64,000 nt of DNA from Ignavibacteriales bacterium (GTDB lineage Bacteria; Bacteroidota; Ignavibacteria; UBA10030; UBA6906): the NCBI GenBank assembly GCA_037441705.1, contig JBBIRR010000006.1:34882-98881 (forward strand), in the 5' to 3' direction. The position numbers were made by a program, and so were the translations under genes. Below are positions 19,427-28,857 of this stretch, in pieces. The notes below the pieces were generated by a model. It was not told the DNA's origin. It worked only from the letters and a program-made list of their open reading frames with translations, and did no database searches. Numbering within the stretch: the stretch's first letter is position 1; every line of letters starts with the position of its first letter.

Positions 19427-20782
19427 ATGGCAGGTAACACATTCGGCAGCCGGTTTAGGATTATGACATTCGGCGAGAGCCACGGGCCTGCAATCGGCGT
19501 GGTGATTGATGGCGTGCGGCCGGGCATGCCGATTGACACGGAGTTCATTCAGAAAGAACTCGATCGGCGCAGACCGGGGCAAAGCAAGCTCACAACACCG
19601 CGCAGCGAGGCGGACCGCGTGGAAATCCTCAGCGGCGTCTTCGACGGCAAAACCACCGGAACGCCGATCTGCATGATCATCTGGAACAAAGATCAAAGGC
19701 CCGAAGCTTACGAACGCATCAAAGACCTCTTCCGGCCGGGACATGCCGGCTATACCTATCTCGCGAAGTACGGCGTGAGCGACTATCGCGGCGGCGGTCG
19801 CTCATCGGGACGAGAGACCGCTGCGCGTGTCGCGGCCGGAGCGGTTGCCAAGTCGTATCTCGCCACGCGCGGGATCGCTATTTATGCCTACACGAAAGAA
19901 GTGGCCGGCATCCGCGCACAACGCATTGACCTTGCAGAAATCGAAAACAATCCGCTTCGCTGTCCCGACCCCGACGCGGCCAGGAAGATGGAACGAAAGA
20001 TCCTGCGGGTGAAAAAGGAAGGAGACTCCGTCGGCGGCATTGTTGAAGTGGTCGTGAAGAACCCGCCTGCTGGTCTCGGCGAGCCGGTGTTTGACAAGCT
20101 GGAAGCCGATCTCGCCAAAGCGCTTATGTCCATCGGGGCAATCAAGGGCTTTGAAGTGGGCAACGGGTTCGCAGCGGCGCGCCTCAAGGGAAGTGAAAAC
20201 AACGACGCGATGTACTTCGACACGAAAGCGAAGCGCATCCGGACGCGGACGAACAACGCAGGAGGAATAGCCGGCGGGATTTCGAATGGCGAGGACATCA
20301 TCGTGCGCATCGCGGTAAAGCCTCCCTCCTCGATCGCGAAGGTGCAGGAGACGGTCACCGTCAACGGCAGGCCTGCAACGATCACCGTCGAAGGACGACA
20401 CGATCCGTGCATCTGCCCGCGCGTGGTGCCCGTTGCCGAAGCGATGGTGGCGTTGACACTGCTGGATCATCTCACCCGACAGCAACTCTTGAAGAAGAAA
20501 ACGAAGCTGCAGGCCCTTCGTGACGACATTGACCTGATCGATCGTAATATCCTTCTTCTCGTTGCCGAACGGCAGGCACTCGTGGAGCAGGTTGGAGTGC
20601 TGAAGAAGAGGAGAGGAGAAAACATCTATGACCCGCGGCGAGAAAAAGAAATCCTCTCGCGACAGCTTGCAACAGCGGCAGAGCTTGGCATCGATCCCCG
20701 GTTTGTCAGACAGATCTGCCGCGCAATCTTTGACCTTGCCCGCACGACCCAGCGCAAGCTGAATGAAGGGACACTCGGATGA
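19427..20782 (+). CDS. aroC: chorismate synthase fused to a C-terminal AroQ-type chorismate mutase
   Basis: GESHG, RRRPGQS, RPGHA, GGRSSGRET, GGISNG, GRHDPC; tail LRDDIDLIDRNILLLVAERQ..V..VG.LK....IYDPRRE. Confidence 0.93.
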   Translation: MAGNTFGSRFRIMTFGESHGPAIGVVIDGVRPGMPIDTEFIQKELDRRRPGQSKLTTPRSEADRVEILSGVFDGKTTGTPICMIIWNKDQRPEAYERIKDLFRPGHAGYTYLAKYGVSDYRGGGRSSGRETAARVAAGAVAKSYLATRGIAIYAYTKEVAGIRAQRIDLAEIENNPLRCPDPDAARKMERKILRVKKEGDSVGGIVEVVVKNPPAGLGEPVFDKLEADLAKALMSIGAIKGFEVGNGFAAARLKGSENNDAMYFDTKAKRIRTRTNNAGGIAGGISNGEDIIVRIAVKPPSSIAKVQETVTVNGRPATITVEGRHDPCICPRVVPVAEAMVALTLLDHLTRQQLLKKKTKLQALRDDIDLIDRNILLLVAERQALVEQVGVLKKRRGENIYDPRREKEILSRQLATAAELGIDPRFVRQICRAIFDLARTTQRKLNEGTLG

Positions 20783-21519
20783 CCATCGGTCTGATCGGGT
20801 ACGGCAGGTTCGGTGCGTTTGCCGCCGCGCATCTTGCCCGCAAAGCCAACCTTCTCGTCTTTGATACCAAACGACGCCGCGGACCATTTCCGTCACCGCG
20901 CATAAAGACGGCCTCGCTGAGGGCGGCTGCTTCCTGCGAAGTCGTCGTGCTTGCCGTGCCCATTTCCGCATTGCAGCGTGTTCTGCGTGCGATCGTTCCC
21001 TTCGTTCGCCCCTCCGCACTTGTCGTTGATGTGTGTTCGGTGAAGATGTATCCTGTTCGATGGATGCGCGCAATTCTTCCTTCCTCCGTCCACATTCTTG
21101 CTACGCATCCGCTGTTCGGGCCGGATAGCGCATCCGATACCGTCCGCAGTCACCATATCGTGCTGTGTCCCGTCCGCCTTCCCAGGATACGCCTGCGGAG
21201 GGCGGTGACGCTTCTGCGGCGAGCGGGACTTCAGTGCGCGATGATGACGCCGCGGGCGCACGACAAGTTCATGGCCGAGACGCTCTTGCTCGCGCAATTC
21301 GTCGGGCGGGTGGTTGCCCGAACGCGAACGCAGCGCTACCCGTTCGGCACGCGCTCGTATTCTTCGCTGATGAATCTCGCCCGAACTGCCGATAACGATA
21401 CAAGAGAACTCTTTCATGATATGGTACGGTTCAATCCGTATGCGGTTCGGGTATTGCGGAAACTGCTCAGGGCACAATCGGGGATTCTGCACGAGCTGCG
21501 CATGCAACGTCATCTATGA
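20779..21519 (+). CDS. tyrA: prephenate/arogenate dehydrogenase (TyrA family, short monofunctional)
   Basis: GLIGYGRFG, LAVP, DVCSVK, THPLFGP, HDKFMA; position in the aro operon. Confidence 0.85.
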   Translation: MTIGLIGYGRFGAFAAAHLARKANLLVFDTKRRRGPFPSPRIKTASLRAAASCEVVVLAVPISALQRVLRAIVPFVRPSALVVDVCSVKMYPVRWMRAILPSSVHILATHPLFGPDSASDTVRSHHIVLCPVRLPRIRLRRAVTLLRRAGLQCAMMTPRAHDKFMAETLLLAQFVGRVVARTRTQRYPFGTRSYSSLMNLARTADNDTRELFHDMVRFNPYAVRVLRKLLRAQSGILHELRMQRHL

Positions 21520-22214
21520 TCGAAATCCAACATCTCACAAAACGCTTTGGCTCCTTCACGGCCGTTGATGACATCAGTCTGAAGATCGAGGCGGGCACGT
21601 TCTTCGGCTTTCTCGGTCCCAACGGTGCCGGCAAGACGACGACAATCAGAACACTGACCGGGCTCTACGAGCCGACGTCGGGTCATTGTATCATCAACGG
21701 GTATGATGTTCATTGGACGCCGCTGGAAGCAAAGCGAAGTTTCGGCTATGTGCCGGACCAACCGTTCCTCTATGACAAGCTCACCGGGCGCGAGTTCCTG
21801 CATTTCGTCGGCGGGTTGTTCGGCATGCGTGTGCCGGAGGTGAAGGACAGGATCGCTGAGATCCAGAACCTGTTCGAAATTGCTTCGTTCATGGACAAGC
21901 GTGCCGAGGAATACTCACAGGGCATGCGCCAGCGGATTGTTCTCACGGCTGCGCTGTTGCACAATCCCCAAGTGCTGATCATTGACGAGCCGATCGTCGG
22001 GCTCGATCCGCGCAGCGCACGCCTTGTGAAGGATACCCTCAAGAAGAAGACGCGCGAGGGACTGACCGTCTTCATGTCAACGCATCTGCTGGAAATTGTC
22101 GAAGAGCTGTGCGATCGCATCGCCATCATCAAGAGCGGCAGAATCATCTATGACAGCCCGACCGTGGAACACAACGGCCGCCTGGAACGCATGTTCCTCG
22201 AGCTGACGAAATAA
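21516..22214 (+). CDS. ABC transporter ATP-binding protein
   Basis: GPNGAGKTT, YSQGMRQR, IIDEP, STH. Confidence 0.93.
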   Translation: MIEIQHLTKRFGSFTAVDDISLKIEAGTFFGFLGPNGAGKTTTIRTLTGLYEPTSGHCIINGYDVHWTPLEAKRSFGYVPDQPFLYDKLTGREFLHFVGGLFGMRVPEVKDRIAEIQNLFEIASFMDKRAEEYSQGMRQRIVLTAALLHNPQVLIIDEPIVGLDPRSARLVKDTLKKKTREGLTVFMSTHLLEIVEELCDRIAIIKSGRIIYDSPTVEHNGRLERMFLELTK

Positions 22215-22216
22215 CC

Positions 22217-23893
22217 ATGCGCGAGCTGCTGATCGTCCTCAATACGCGGGCGCAGAGTTTCCTCAAGCGGGCATTCGAGCCGCGATGGCAGGTCTTGGTG
22301 CAGAATCTTGCATCGCTGCTTATCTTCGGCGGCTTTGCCGTGGCGATGTTCTTTCTCGCACGCATGGTCACGGACTATCTTCTCGCCCAGGCCCACATCG
22401 GCCTCTTCCTCTTCCACCGGATGCTCTCGATGCTGCTGTACGTGTTCTTCGTAACGGTTCACATCGGCAATATGATCGTCTCCTTCGGGACGCTGTACCG
22501 CTCGCAGGAGGTAACCTTCCTGATGAGTCTGCCCATCTCGCACGCGAAGATTTTTCTGATCAAGTTCGTCGACAACTTCTTCTACAGTTCGACGACCCTC
22601 ACGATCTTAGGCCTGGCGATGCTGCTCGGCTACGGATCGTTCTTTCACCTGCCGTGGCATTTTTATTTTGTGGTGATGTTTTTTGTGATGCTGCCGTTCA
22701 TGCTCATCGCCGGCATTCTTGCAACGACGGCGCTGATGGTTCTGATCAAAATCGGCGGCAGGATCGGGTTCCGGTGGCTGTTGGTTATGCTGGTGGGTGT
22801 GTACGGCGGACTTGTGTACGGCTACTTTCGTCTTACCAATCCGATGATGTTGGTAGATGAAGTGACCAAGCTGTGGCCGGATGTGAACGAGTACCTGGGT
22901 TATCTCGACCCACCGCTCGTGAAAGTGCTGCCGAACCACTGGGTTGCGAACTTCCTCTACTGGACAATCCAGGGCGAATATTCCCGCGCCCTGCCGTACC
23001 TGTCGCTTCTTCTGCTGACGATGCTCGGTCTGATCGCGCTCGCGGGGCTTATTGCCCGCAAGATGTACTATCAGAGCTGGCTGGCGGTTGTGAACCTTCA
23101 GGCGGGGCGCAAGCGTGAAAACGAGCGACAGGGTTTTCTGCAGTTGGGGACGGGCCAGTGGATCGCTTCGCCGTTCGAGACGTTGTTTCGGCGCGATCTT
23201 TCTCTGTTTCTTCGCGAGCCGAGCCAATGGTTGCATCTCTTGCTCATGTTTCTTCTCCTTGCCGTCTTCCTCGTTTCAATCGGAACGATGAACCTGCGCT
23301 TCATGCATCCGACGATGCAAACGAATGCGTTCCTCGTCGTCTTCCTGTTCAACGGATTCCTTATTGCGTCCATTGCCCTGCGCTTTGTATTTCCTCTCAT
23401 CAGTCTCGAAGGCGAAACGTTCTGGAGCGTGAGAGTCTCGCCTGTCTCGCTGCGGCGCGTGTATTGGTACAAAGTTGCCGTCTCGCTGGTCGCGGTGCTG
23501 GCCATTGCCGAACTCCTTGCCGTCGGTTCGGTGTATCTGTTCTCGCGGGATTGGGGGCTTGTGACGCTTGCAGCGGTCGTGACGCTCTTCGTCGTTGCGA
23601 CGCTGACGAGCACCAACATCGGCGCGGGCGGATACTTTGCGCTCTACAAAGAGAAGAACCCCATCCGCATCGCCTCGTCTCAGGGCGCGTCGCTGACATT
23701 TCTCGGCAGCATGCTCTATCTAACGTTTGTCGCGATCATGCTCGTGGCTCCGGTGTACGGCTACTTCGACGCTTCGGCACCGTCGAGGAGTTGGTTTGGC
23801 CTTCCGCTGGTTCTTATTGCCGGTATCTCCGTCGTTCTCTTTGTCGCGTTCACACACGTCGGTCTGCGCGCTATCGCGCGGGACTACACGTAG
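22217..23893 (+). CDS. putative ABC exporter permease (large multi-TM)
   Basis: two hydrophobic halves; FLMSLPI; RFVFPLISLEG; follows the ABC ATPase. Confidence 0.8.
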   Translation: MRELLIVLNTRAQSFLKRAFEPRWQVLVQNLASLLIFGGFAVAMFFLARMVTDYLLAQAHIGLFLFHRMLSMLLYVFFVTVHIGNMIVSFGTLYRSQEVTFLMSLPISHAKIFLIKFVDNFFYSSTTLTILGLAMLLGYGSFFHLPWHFYFVVMFFVMLPFMLIAGILATTALMVLIKIGGRIGFRWLLVMLVGVYGGLVYGYFRLTNPMMLVDEVTKLWPDVNEYLGYLDPPLVKVLPNHWVANFLYWTIQGEYSRALPYLSLLLLTMLGLIALAGLIARKMYYQSWLAVVNLQAGRKRENERQGFLQLGTGQWIASPFETLFRRDLSLFLREPSQWLHLLLMFLLLAVFLVSIGTMNLRFMHPTMQTNAFLVVFLFNGFLIASIALRFVFPLISLEGETFWSVRVSPVSLRRVYWYKVAVSLVAVLAIAELLAVGSVYLFSRDWGLVTLAAVVTLFVVATLTSTNIGAGGYFALYKEKNPIRIASSQGASLTFLGSMLYLTFVAIMLVAPVYGYFDASAPSRSWFGLPLVLIAGISVVLFVAFTHVGLRAIARDYT

Positions 23894-23967
23894 CCGCCCA
23901 CCTGCCTGTGAGGAATCACCGACCCGCAGCGATTGAAACACACGGTTTTTTTGCGTTACTTTTTCTC

Positions 23968-24798
23968 GTGAACGAGCTTCAGATACAAACGCTGGTGGAG
24001 CAGGCGGCACAATTCCGCGACGACGATAAGCCCCTCCACGCGATCCAGTTGCTGCAGCAGGTGATTCGCGCCAATCCGAAGTGCGAGCGGGCATTTATGC
24101 TGCTGGCGCAGATCTATTGCGACTCGAGTCGGTGGGACGCCGCAGAAAAGGTGCTGCTGCAAGGACTGCAGGCGAACCCGCGAAGCACGGAGTTCTATAT
24201 TCAACTGGGCAGTTTCCATCTTCGCCAGTTCAACTATGAACGCGCGCTGGAATACTTCCTCAGCGTCCGCCATTTGCATTATCCGCTCGTGCACATGAGC
24301 CTGGGTCTTGCGTATATGGGTTTGGGTAAGATGGCCGAAGCCGAACGCGAGTTCAAGCTGGCTGCACAGGTCGATCCCAAGTTGCCGAAAGTATTCGAAC
24401 TGTGGGGCGAGGTGCTTCTGCGTTTGAAACGAACGAACGAAGCCATCAGTGTCCTGAAGCACGCTGCGCGGCTTGATCGGTACAGCGGATCGGCCCATCG
24501 TTTGCTGGGCGACGCCCTCGCTTCGATCGAGCAGTGGCAATCGGCCTACGACGAGTACGTCCTCGCCGTTGATATGAATCCGGACGACGAGGAGGCGTGG
24601 TTAGCCATCGCCACAGCGCTCATGCATCTCAACCGGATGGCGGAAGCAAAGCGGTACCTCGAACGTTTCCTCAATTTGAAGCCCAGCGATGCACAGGCCG
24701 AAAAGGCGTACCGTTCCGTGTGCGAGGTCCTCGGCAACACGCCGAACGCGACCACGCCAAAACCGCGGCGACCACGAACACGGCGCGATCAGAATTGA
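23968..24798 (+). CDS. tetratricopeptide repeat protein
   Basis: repeated TPR helix pairs ending NP/DP; GTG start inferred at 23968 after the permease stop. Confidence 0.8.
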   Translation: MNELQIQTLVEQAAQFRDDDKPLHAIQLLQQVIRANPKCERAFMLLAQIYCDSSRWDAAEKVLLQGLQANPRSTEFYIQLGSFHLRQFNYERALEYFLSVRHLHYPLVHMSLGLAYMGLGKMAEAEREFKLAAQVDPKLPKVFELWGEVLLRLKRTNEAISVLKHAARLDRYSGSAHRLLGDALASIEQWQSAYDEYVLAVDMNPDDEEAWLAIATALMHLNRMAEAKRYLERFLNLKPSDAQAEKAYRSVCEVLGNTPNATTPKPRRPRTRRDQN

Positions 24799-24828
24799 TT
24801 TACGTCCATCATCAGTCAGACGTTCTTC

Positions 24829-26850
24829 ATGTCCTTCCTTTCCATCTTGACCAGATCTCGAGTTCTTGCAATCGTAGCGTGCATCGTTGGTGTCGGTGCC
24901 TTTACCGTCGGTGCGGGTCAGACCGGGATTCGCTATCAGGCCGGTGCCGAGAAAATGTTCACGGATGCGCTCGCTCTGTACACGCGTGCGGAATATAAGG
25001 AAGCGGCGCGTGTGCTGAACGAGCTGTTGGTGATGTTTCCCCGCAGCCATCGCGAGACTGCGGCGAGAGTGATGAAGGGGAAGGCATTGCTGCGCGCGGG
25101 TGCCTATGCAGAAGCAGAGGAGACGCTCGCGCAGTTCCTCACGCAATTTCCCGGCAGTGCCTACCGTGCCGATGCCGAATACACACTGGGGCTTGTCTTT
25201 CTCTACCGGCACATGCCCGAGCGCGCGGTGGAATCGTTCCTTCGCGGACTTCGAGGGGTTGCCCCTATCAATACTCCGCTGCGAGAGCGGCTCATTGCAG
25301 CACTCGATTCTACGGTGGAGTCAAAGATTTCCATCCCGCCGTTGCAGCGACTTATTGCGGAACAACCTGACGGCGACGGCAAGGAGTTGCTCCTATTGAA
25401 GCTGGGAGAGAAGCAGATTGCGGCGGGAGATATCGCGGGTGCCGCCGCCACGCTCGACTCGTTGAAGAAGAACTATCCTCGCTCGATCTTTGTCGAACGC
25501 CACTGGACTCTTCAGAAGAAGCTGCTTGAACCGCGCGACGTGAAGATCGGTCTCCTTCTGCCGCTGATGAAACGTGCCGATCGATCCGCCGTCAAAGAGC
25601 GCGAGGTAGGGGCGGGATTATACGAAGGCATTCAGCTTGCGTTTGAAGAATTCGTCCAGCGAGGCAACGTCGGCAGGCGCGTGAGTCTGGAAGTGAAAGA
25701 CATCGGCCGCGAAGCGCCGGTTGCCGCGGCAGCGGTCAAAGAGCTGTGCGCCGATCCTGCCGTCATCGGCATCATCGGTCCTCCGTTTTCGCAGTCGGCC
25801 TTTGCCGTTGCCTATCACGTCAATACCAATGGGGTTCCGTTGGTAACGCCGACGGCGAACGCAAACGGCATCGCGGCGACGGGACCGTACGTGTTTCAGG
25901 CAAACCCCGACTTTCGCGCGCGGGCGCAGGCCATGGCACAGTACGCCGTGCGCACGCTGGGGCTGCACCGTCTGGCGATTCTCTCGCCGAACGCGCCGGA
26001 CAACAGGGCGATGGCCGAGACCTTTGCCGCCGAAGTGCAGCGTCTGGGCGGCACGGTGGTGACCACGGAGTTCTACGAACCCGGGGCCACGAATTTGATG
26101 AACCAGTTGGTGGCGCTGCGGAAAAAAGGAAATGAAGCCGGCGGGCAGCCGTTTCTGTCCTTCGGCACGTTGGTGAATAAACGCGAGACGGCGCGCCTTG
26201 CGCGCCTGGGCGTTTCGGCCAAGCTTCTCGATTCGTTGTTAGAAGCAAAAGCCGTTGTGAATGCAACGTGGCTGCTCGGCGAGCAGGCGCGCGCGTTGCT
26301 TGAAGCCGAAGGCATTCCGCATCGGGTTGGCGACCCGCGCGTGGACAGCCTCGAGCGTCCTGTCACCGCCATTCAAGGGTTGTACTGTCCGATCGCCTCG
26401 CCCGAAGAAATCGGGATCGTCTCGTCGCAGGTGGCCTTCTCCAATCTCCAAACCAAACTTCTCGGCTCCGGCGAGTGGAACAATGAACGGGAGTTGAATG
26501 CGCATCGTCGGTATTGTGACGGTGTGGTGTTCGAAGCGGACAGCTACATCGACGCGGCGGACACGGCGTACGCGACGTTTGCCCGCCGGTTGCTGGCCCG
26601 GTTTGGAAAGCGGCCCAATCGCGATGTGGTGTTTGGGTATGATGTCGGGAGGGTCATCGTTTCGCTGCTCGAGCAAGGCGCGCTCAGCCGCGAGCAGCTT
26701 CGTGAGGCACTAACATCCCTTCCCACCGTGCAGATGATTCATGCGAAACTCTCGTTTGGCACGCGACGCGTCAATCCGTGGCTTCATATCCTCCAGTTTT
26801 CTGGCGGCTCTCTCCGACGTGTCGCCGAGGTGATGGCCGAACAACCATGA
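24829..26850 (+). CDS. TPR + periplasmic-binding-fold protein (LpoA/LppC-like penicillin-binding protein activator)
   Basis: signal-like N-terminus, TPR ending FPxS, KIGLLLPL, IIGP, PYVFQANP, LLGSGEW, GYD. Confidence 0.72.
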   Translation: MSFLSILTRSRVLAIVACIVGVGAFTVGAGQTGIRYQAGAEKMFTDALALYTRAEYKEAARVLNELLVMFPRSHRETAARVMKGKALLRAGAYAEAEETLAQFLTQFPGSAYRADAEYTLGLVFLYRHMPERAVESFLRGLRGVAPINTPLRERLIAALDSTVESKISIPPLQRLIAEQPDGDGKELLLLKLGEKQIAAGDIAGAAATLDSLKKNYPRSIFVERHWTLQKKLLEPRDVKIGLLLPLMKRADRSAVKEREVGAGLYEGIQLAFEEFVQRGNVGRRVSLEVKDIGREAPVAAAAVKELCADPAVIGIIGPPFSQSAFAVAYHVNTNGVPLVTPTANANGIAATGPYVFQANPDFRARAQAMAQYAVRTLGLHRLAILSPNAPDNRAMAETFAAEVQRLGGTVVTTEFYEPGATNLMNQLVALRKKGNEAGGQPFLSFGTLVNKRETARLARLGVSAKLLDSLLEAKAVVNATWLLGEQARALLEAEGIPHRVGDPRVDSLERPVTAIQGLYCPIASPEEIGIVSSQVAFSNLQTKLLGSGEWNNERELNAHRRYCDGVVFEADSYIDAADTAYATFARRLLARFGKRPNRDVVFGYDVGRVIVSLLEQGALSREQLREALTSLPTVQMIHAKLSFGTRRVNPWLHILQFSGGSLRRVAEVMAEQP

Positions 26851-26857
26851 GCGTGTG

Positions 26858-27577
26858 ATGAACAGCGATTCCGACAAGCTCCGCGAGCCTTCCTTCCGCC
26901 ATACGAAAATCAAGGACTGGCCCGCCGACGAACGGCCACGGGAGAAGCTCTTGAAGCGCGGCGCACAGGCACTCAGCGATGCGGAATTACTTGCCATTCT
27001 CATTCGTACCGGTACCGGAAAAATGACGGCGCTTGACCTCGCACGAACAATCATCACGCACGAGAAAAGCCTTTTGCGCATAGCAAAGAAGACCGGGCAG
27101 GAGCTCATGCGGCTGAAAGGCATCGGGCAAGCGAAGGCGGTGGAGCTGCTCGCGGCGTTTGAGATCGGACGGCGCGTGCAGGGCGCAAGCCCGGAGGCGA
27201 CGGCCATCATCCGGTCGCCCGAAGATGCCGCGCAGCGCGTGGTGCCGCTGCTGCGCGACAAACCGCACGAGGTGTTTGTCGTTCTGCTGCTCGACGCGAA
27301 AAACGGGGTGAAGCATGAACAGGAATTAACCGTCGGGACGCTGAACGCAAGTCTCGTTCATCCGCGTGAGGTCTTCAAGCTTGCTATTGACCATCGTGCT
27401 GCCTCGGTGATTGTCGCCCATAACCATCCGAGCGGCAATCCGGAGCCGAGCGCCGAGGACATCGCCGTGACGCGGCAGCTGGCTGATGCGGGCAAAGTGG
27501 TCGGTATTCCCCTACACGATCACCTGATTGTTGCGGGTGAATCGTTCACCAGCCTTGCAGAACGAGGACTTGTGTAA
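26858..27577 (+). CDS. radC: RadC/UPF0758 JAB-domain protein
   Basis: ERPREKL, LSDAELLAILI, KGIGQAKA, VHPREVF, HNHPSG..PS..D, DHLIV. Confidence 0.94.
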   Translation: MNSDSDKLREPSFRHTKIKDWPADERPREKLLKRGAQALSDAELLAILIRTGTGKMTALDLARTIITHEKSLLRIAKKTGQELMRLKGIGQAKAVELLAAFEIGRRVQGASPEATAIIRSPEDAAQRVVPLLRDKPHEVFVVLLLDAKNGVKHEQELTVGTLNASLVHPREVFKLAIDHRAASVIVAHNHPSGNPEPSAEDIAVTRQLADAGKVVGIPLHDHLIVAGESFTSLAERGLV

Positions 27578-27601
27578 GCTCCGGCTGTGTATGGCGTTGG
27601 T

Positions 27602-27630
27602 TTGACATCGCCCACGATTTTTCTTATACT
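27602..27630 (+). promoter_or_regulatory. near-consensus sigma70 promoter of the lipoprotein-LysM operon
   Basis: TTGACA(27602)-17 bp-TATACT(27625). Confidence 0.75.
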
Positions 27631-27698
27631 TGATGTGCCTCTTGTGGCGCCAAGATGTTGAGATGTTTCTCCCCACATATCAAAAGGAGGGTCATGCA

Positions 27699-27962
27699 AT
27701 GAACAAACGACAGGTACGCGTTGGGATGGTTTCCTTCGTCATCGCTGCCTCGTTCCTCCTCGCCGGTTGCTCGTCAAGCCCGAGCGAAGAGCAGATGCGA
27801 CAGCTTGATGAGTTGAAACAAGAGCATGCTGCACTGCAGCGCGAAGTTTCTCAGAAAGAGGAACAGAAAGCTGCACTCGAGCGCGAAGTCGCAGCAAAGA
27901 ATGCAAAGCTCAAGAAGTGCAACGACGATAAGCAAGTCGTCCAGTCGCGTCTGAGCAAGTAA
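27699..27962 (+). CDS. small coiled-coil lipoprotein (Lpp-like architecture)
   Basis: SD AGGAGG; LLAG-CSS lipobox; 64-aa heptad-rich mature part ending in Lys. Confidence 0.8.
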   Translation: MNKRQVRVGMVSFVIAASFLLAGCSSSPSEEQMRQLDELKQEHAALQREVSQKEEQKAALEREVAAKNAKLKKCNDDKQVVQSRLSK

Positions 27963-28001
27963 CCGATACTGTAAAGAACGTTCCCCATAAGGAGAAAGAA
28001 G

Positions 28002-28727
28002 ATGAAAACGCAACGTATGGTAGTTCTGGTCATCGCGATCTCATCGCTCCTCTTTGCAGTCGGTTCGGCACAGGAGAAGATGACGAAAGATGACTGGCAG
28101 CGAGAAGTCGATCGCTACACACAGATGAAAACGGACCTGCAGGCAAAGGTCGCCGAGCTGAATCGGCAGATCGAATCGCTGCAGAATGAATCCACCAAAC
28201 TGGATGCAGACTATACGCGATGCAAGGATGAGCTGTATGCGATGGTCGGCTCCAATGCCCAAGAGGCTGCTGCATTCGCAGCGGAAATTGAAGCCGCGGA
28301 AAACAAAGCCAACGAATTGCTGCGCCTGTCCGATGCCGAGTTGATGCAGCGAAGCTCGGAAGTGACCGACCTCGCGGCGAAAGCGAAAGGATTCCGGAGC
28401 AACAAGCTTTCACTCCTGCCCGAGTTCTCGGACCGACTCGATGCACTCGATCAAAAAGTAGAGAGCCTGCAGCGCGCTCTGGCCGGTGCGGAGAAAACCT
28501 ACACGGTGGGAACATGGGCGCGGGATCGAGACTGCCTCTGGAACATTGCGAAGAAGAAAGACATCTACAACAACGCCTGGCTGTGGCCGAAGATCTGGAT
28601 GGGCAACAAGGATAAAATTCGCAATCCCGATCTCATCTATCCCGGACAGAAGCTGCGGGTGCCCTCGGGCAACGCCTTAACTGCCGAAGAGAAGGCCGCC
28701 GCACGGCGTCACTACATGAAGAATTGA
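28002..28727 (+). CDS. secreted coiled-coil protein with a C-terminal LysM domain
   Basis: SD AAGGAG; Sec signal; long coiled coil; YTV...DCLWNIA...WPKIW..N...I.NPDLIYPGQKLRVP. Confidence 0.88.
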   Translation: MKTQRMVVLVIAISSLLFAVGSAQEKMTKDDWQREVDRYTQMKTDLQAKVAELNRQIESLQNESTKLDADYTRCKDELYAMVGSNAQEAAAFAAEIEAAENKANELLRLSDAELMQRSSEVTDLAAKAKGFRSNKLSLLPEFSDRLDALDQKVESLQRALAGAEKTYTVGTWARDRDCLWNIAKKKDIYNNAWLWPKIWMGNKDKIRNPDLIYPGQKLRVPSGNALTAEEKAAARRHYMKN

Positions 28728-28768
28728 CCCGGAGCAGATTTCCATTAGCAAGCGTGTGGATACGCATC

Positions 28769-28806
28769 AGCCCTCTTCCCGACGTGAGCGCGGGGAAGGG
28801 GGCTTT
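28769..28806 (+). terminator. intrinsic terminator after the LysM gene
   Basis: AGCCCTCTTCCC...GGGAAGGGGGCT followed by T-rich sequence. Confidence 0.6.
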
Positions 28807-28857
28807 GCATTTTGTTGAACCCTTTCCTCTAACTTTTGCCGAAGCAATAAGACACGA

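Noticed and set aside
23158-23967. 546-aa ORF overlapping the permease
   Set aside because: Only the part from about 23968 is TPR-like; the rest is an alternate frame of the permease that stays open by chance
26858-27577. radC as a mobile-element or anti-defence marker
   Set aside because: Full-length chromosomal form with the N-terminal HhH region, in a housekeeping context
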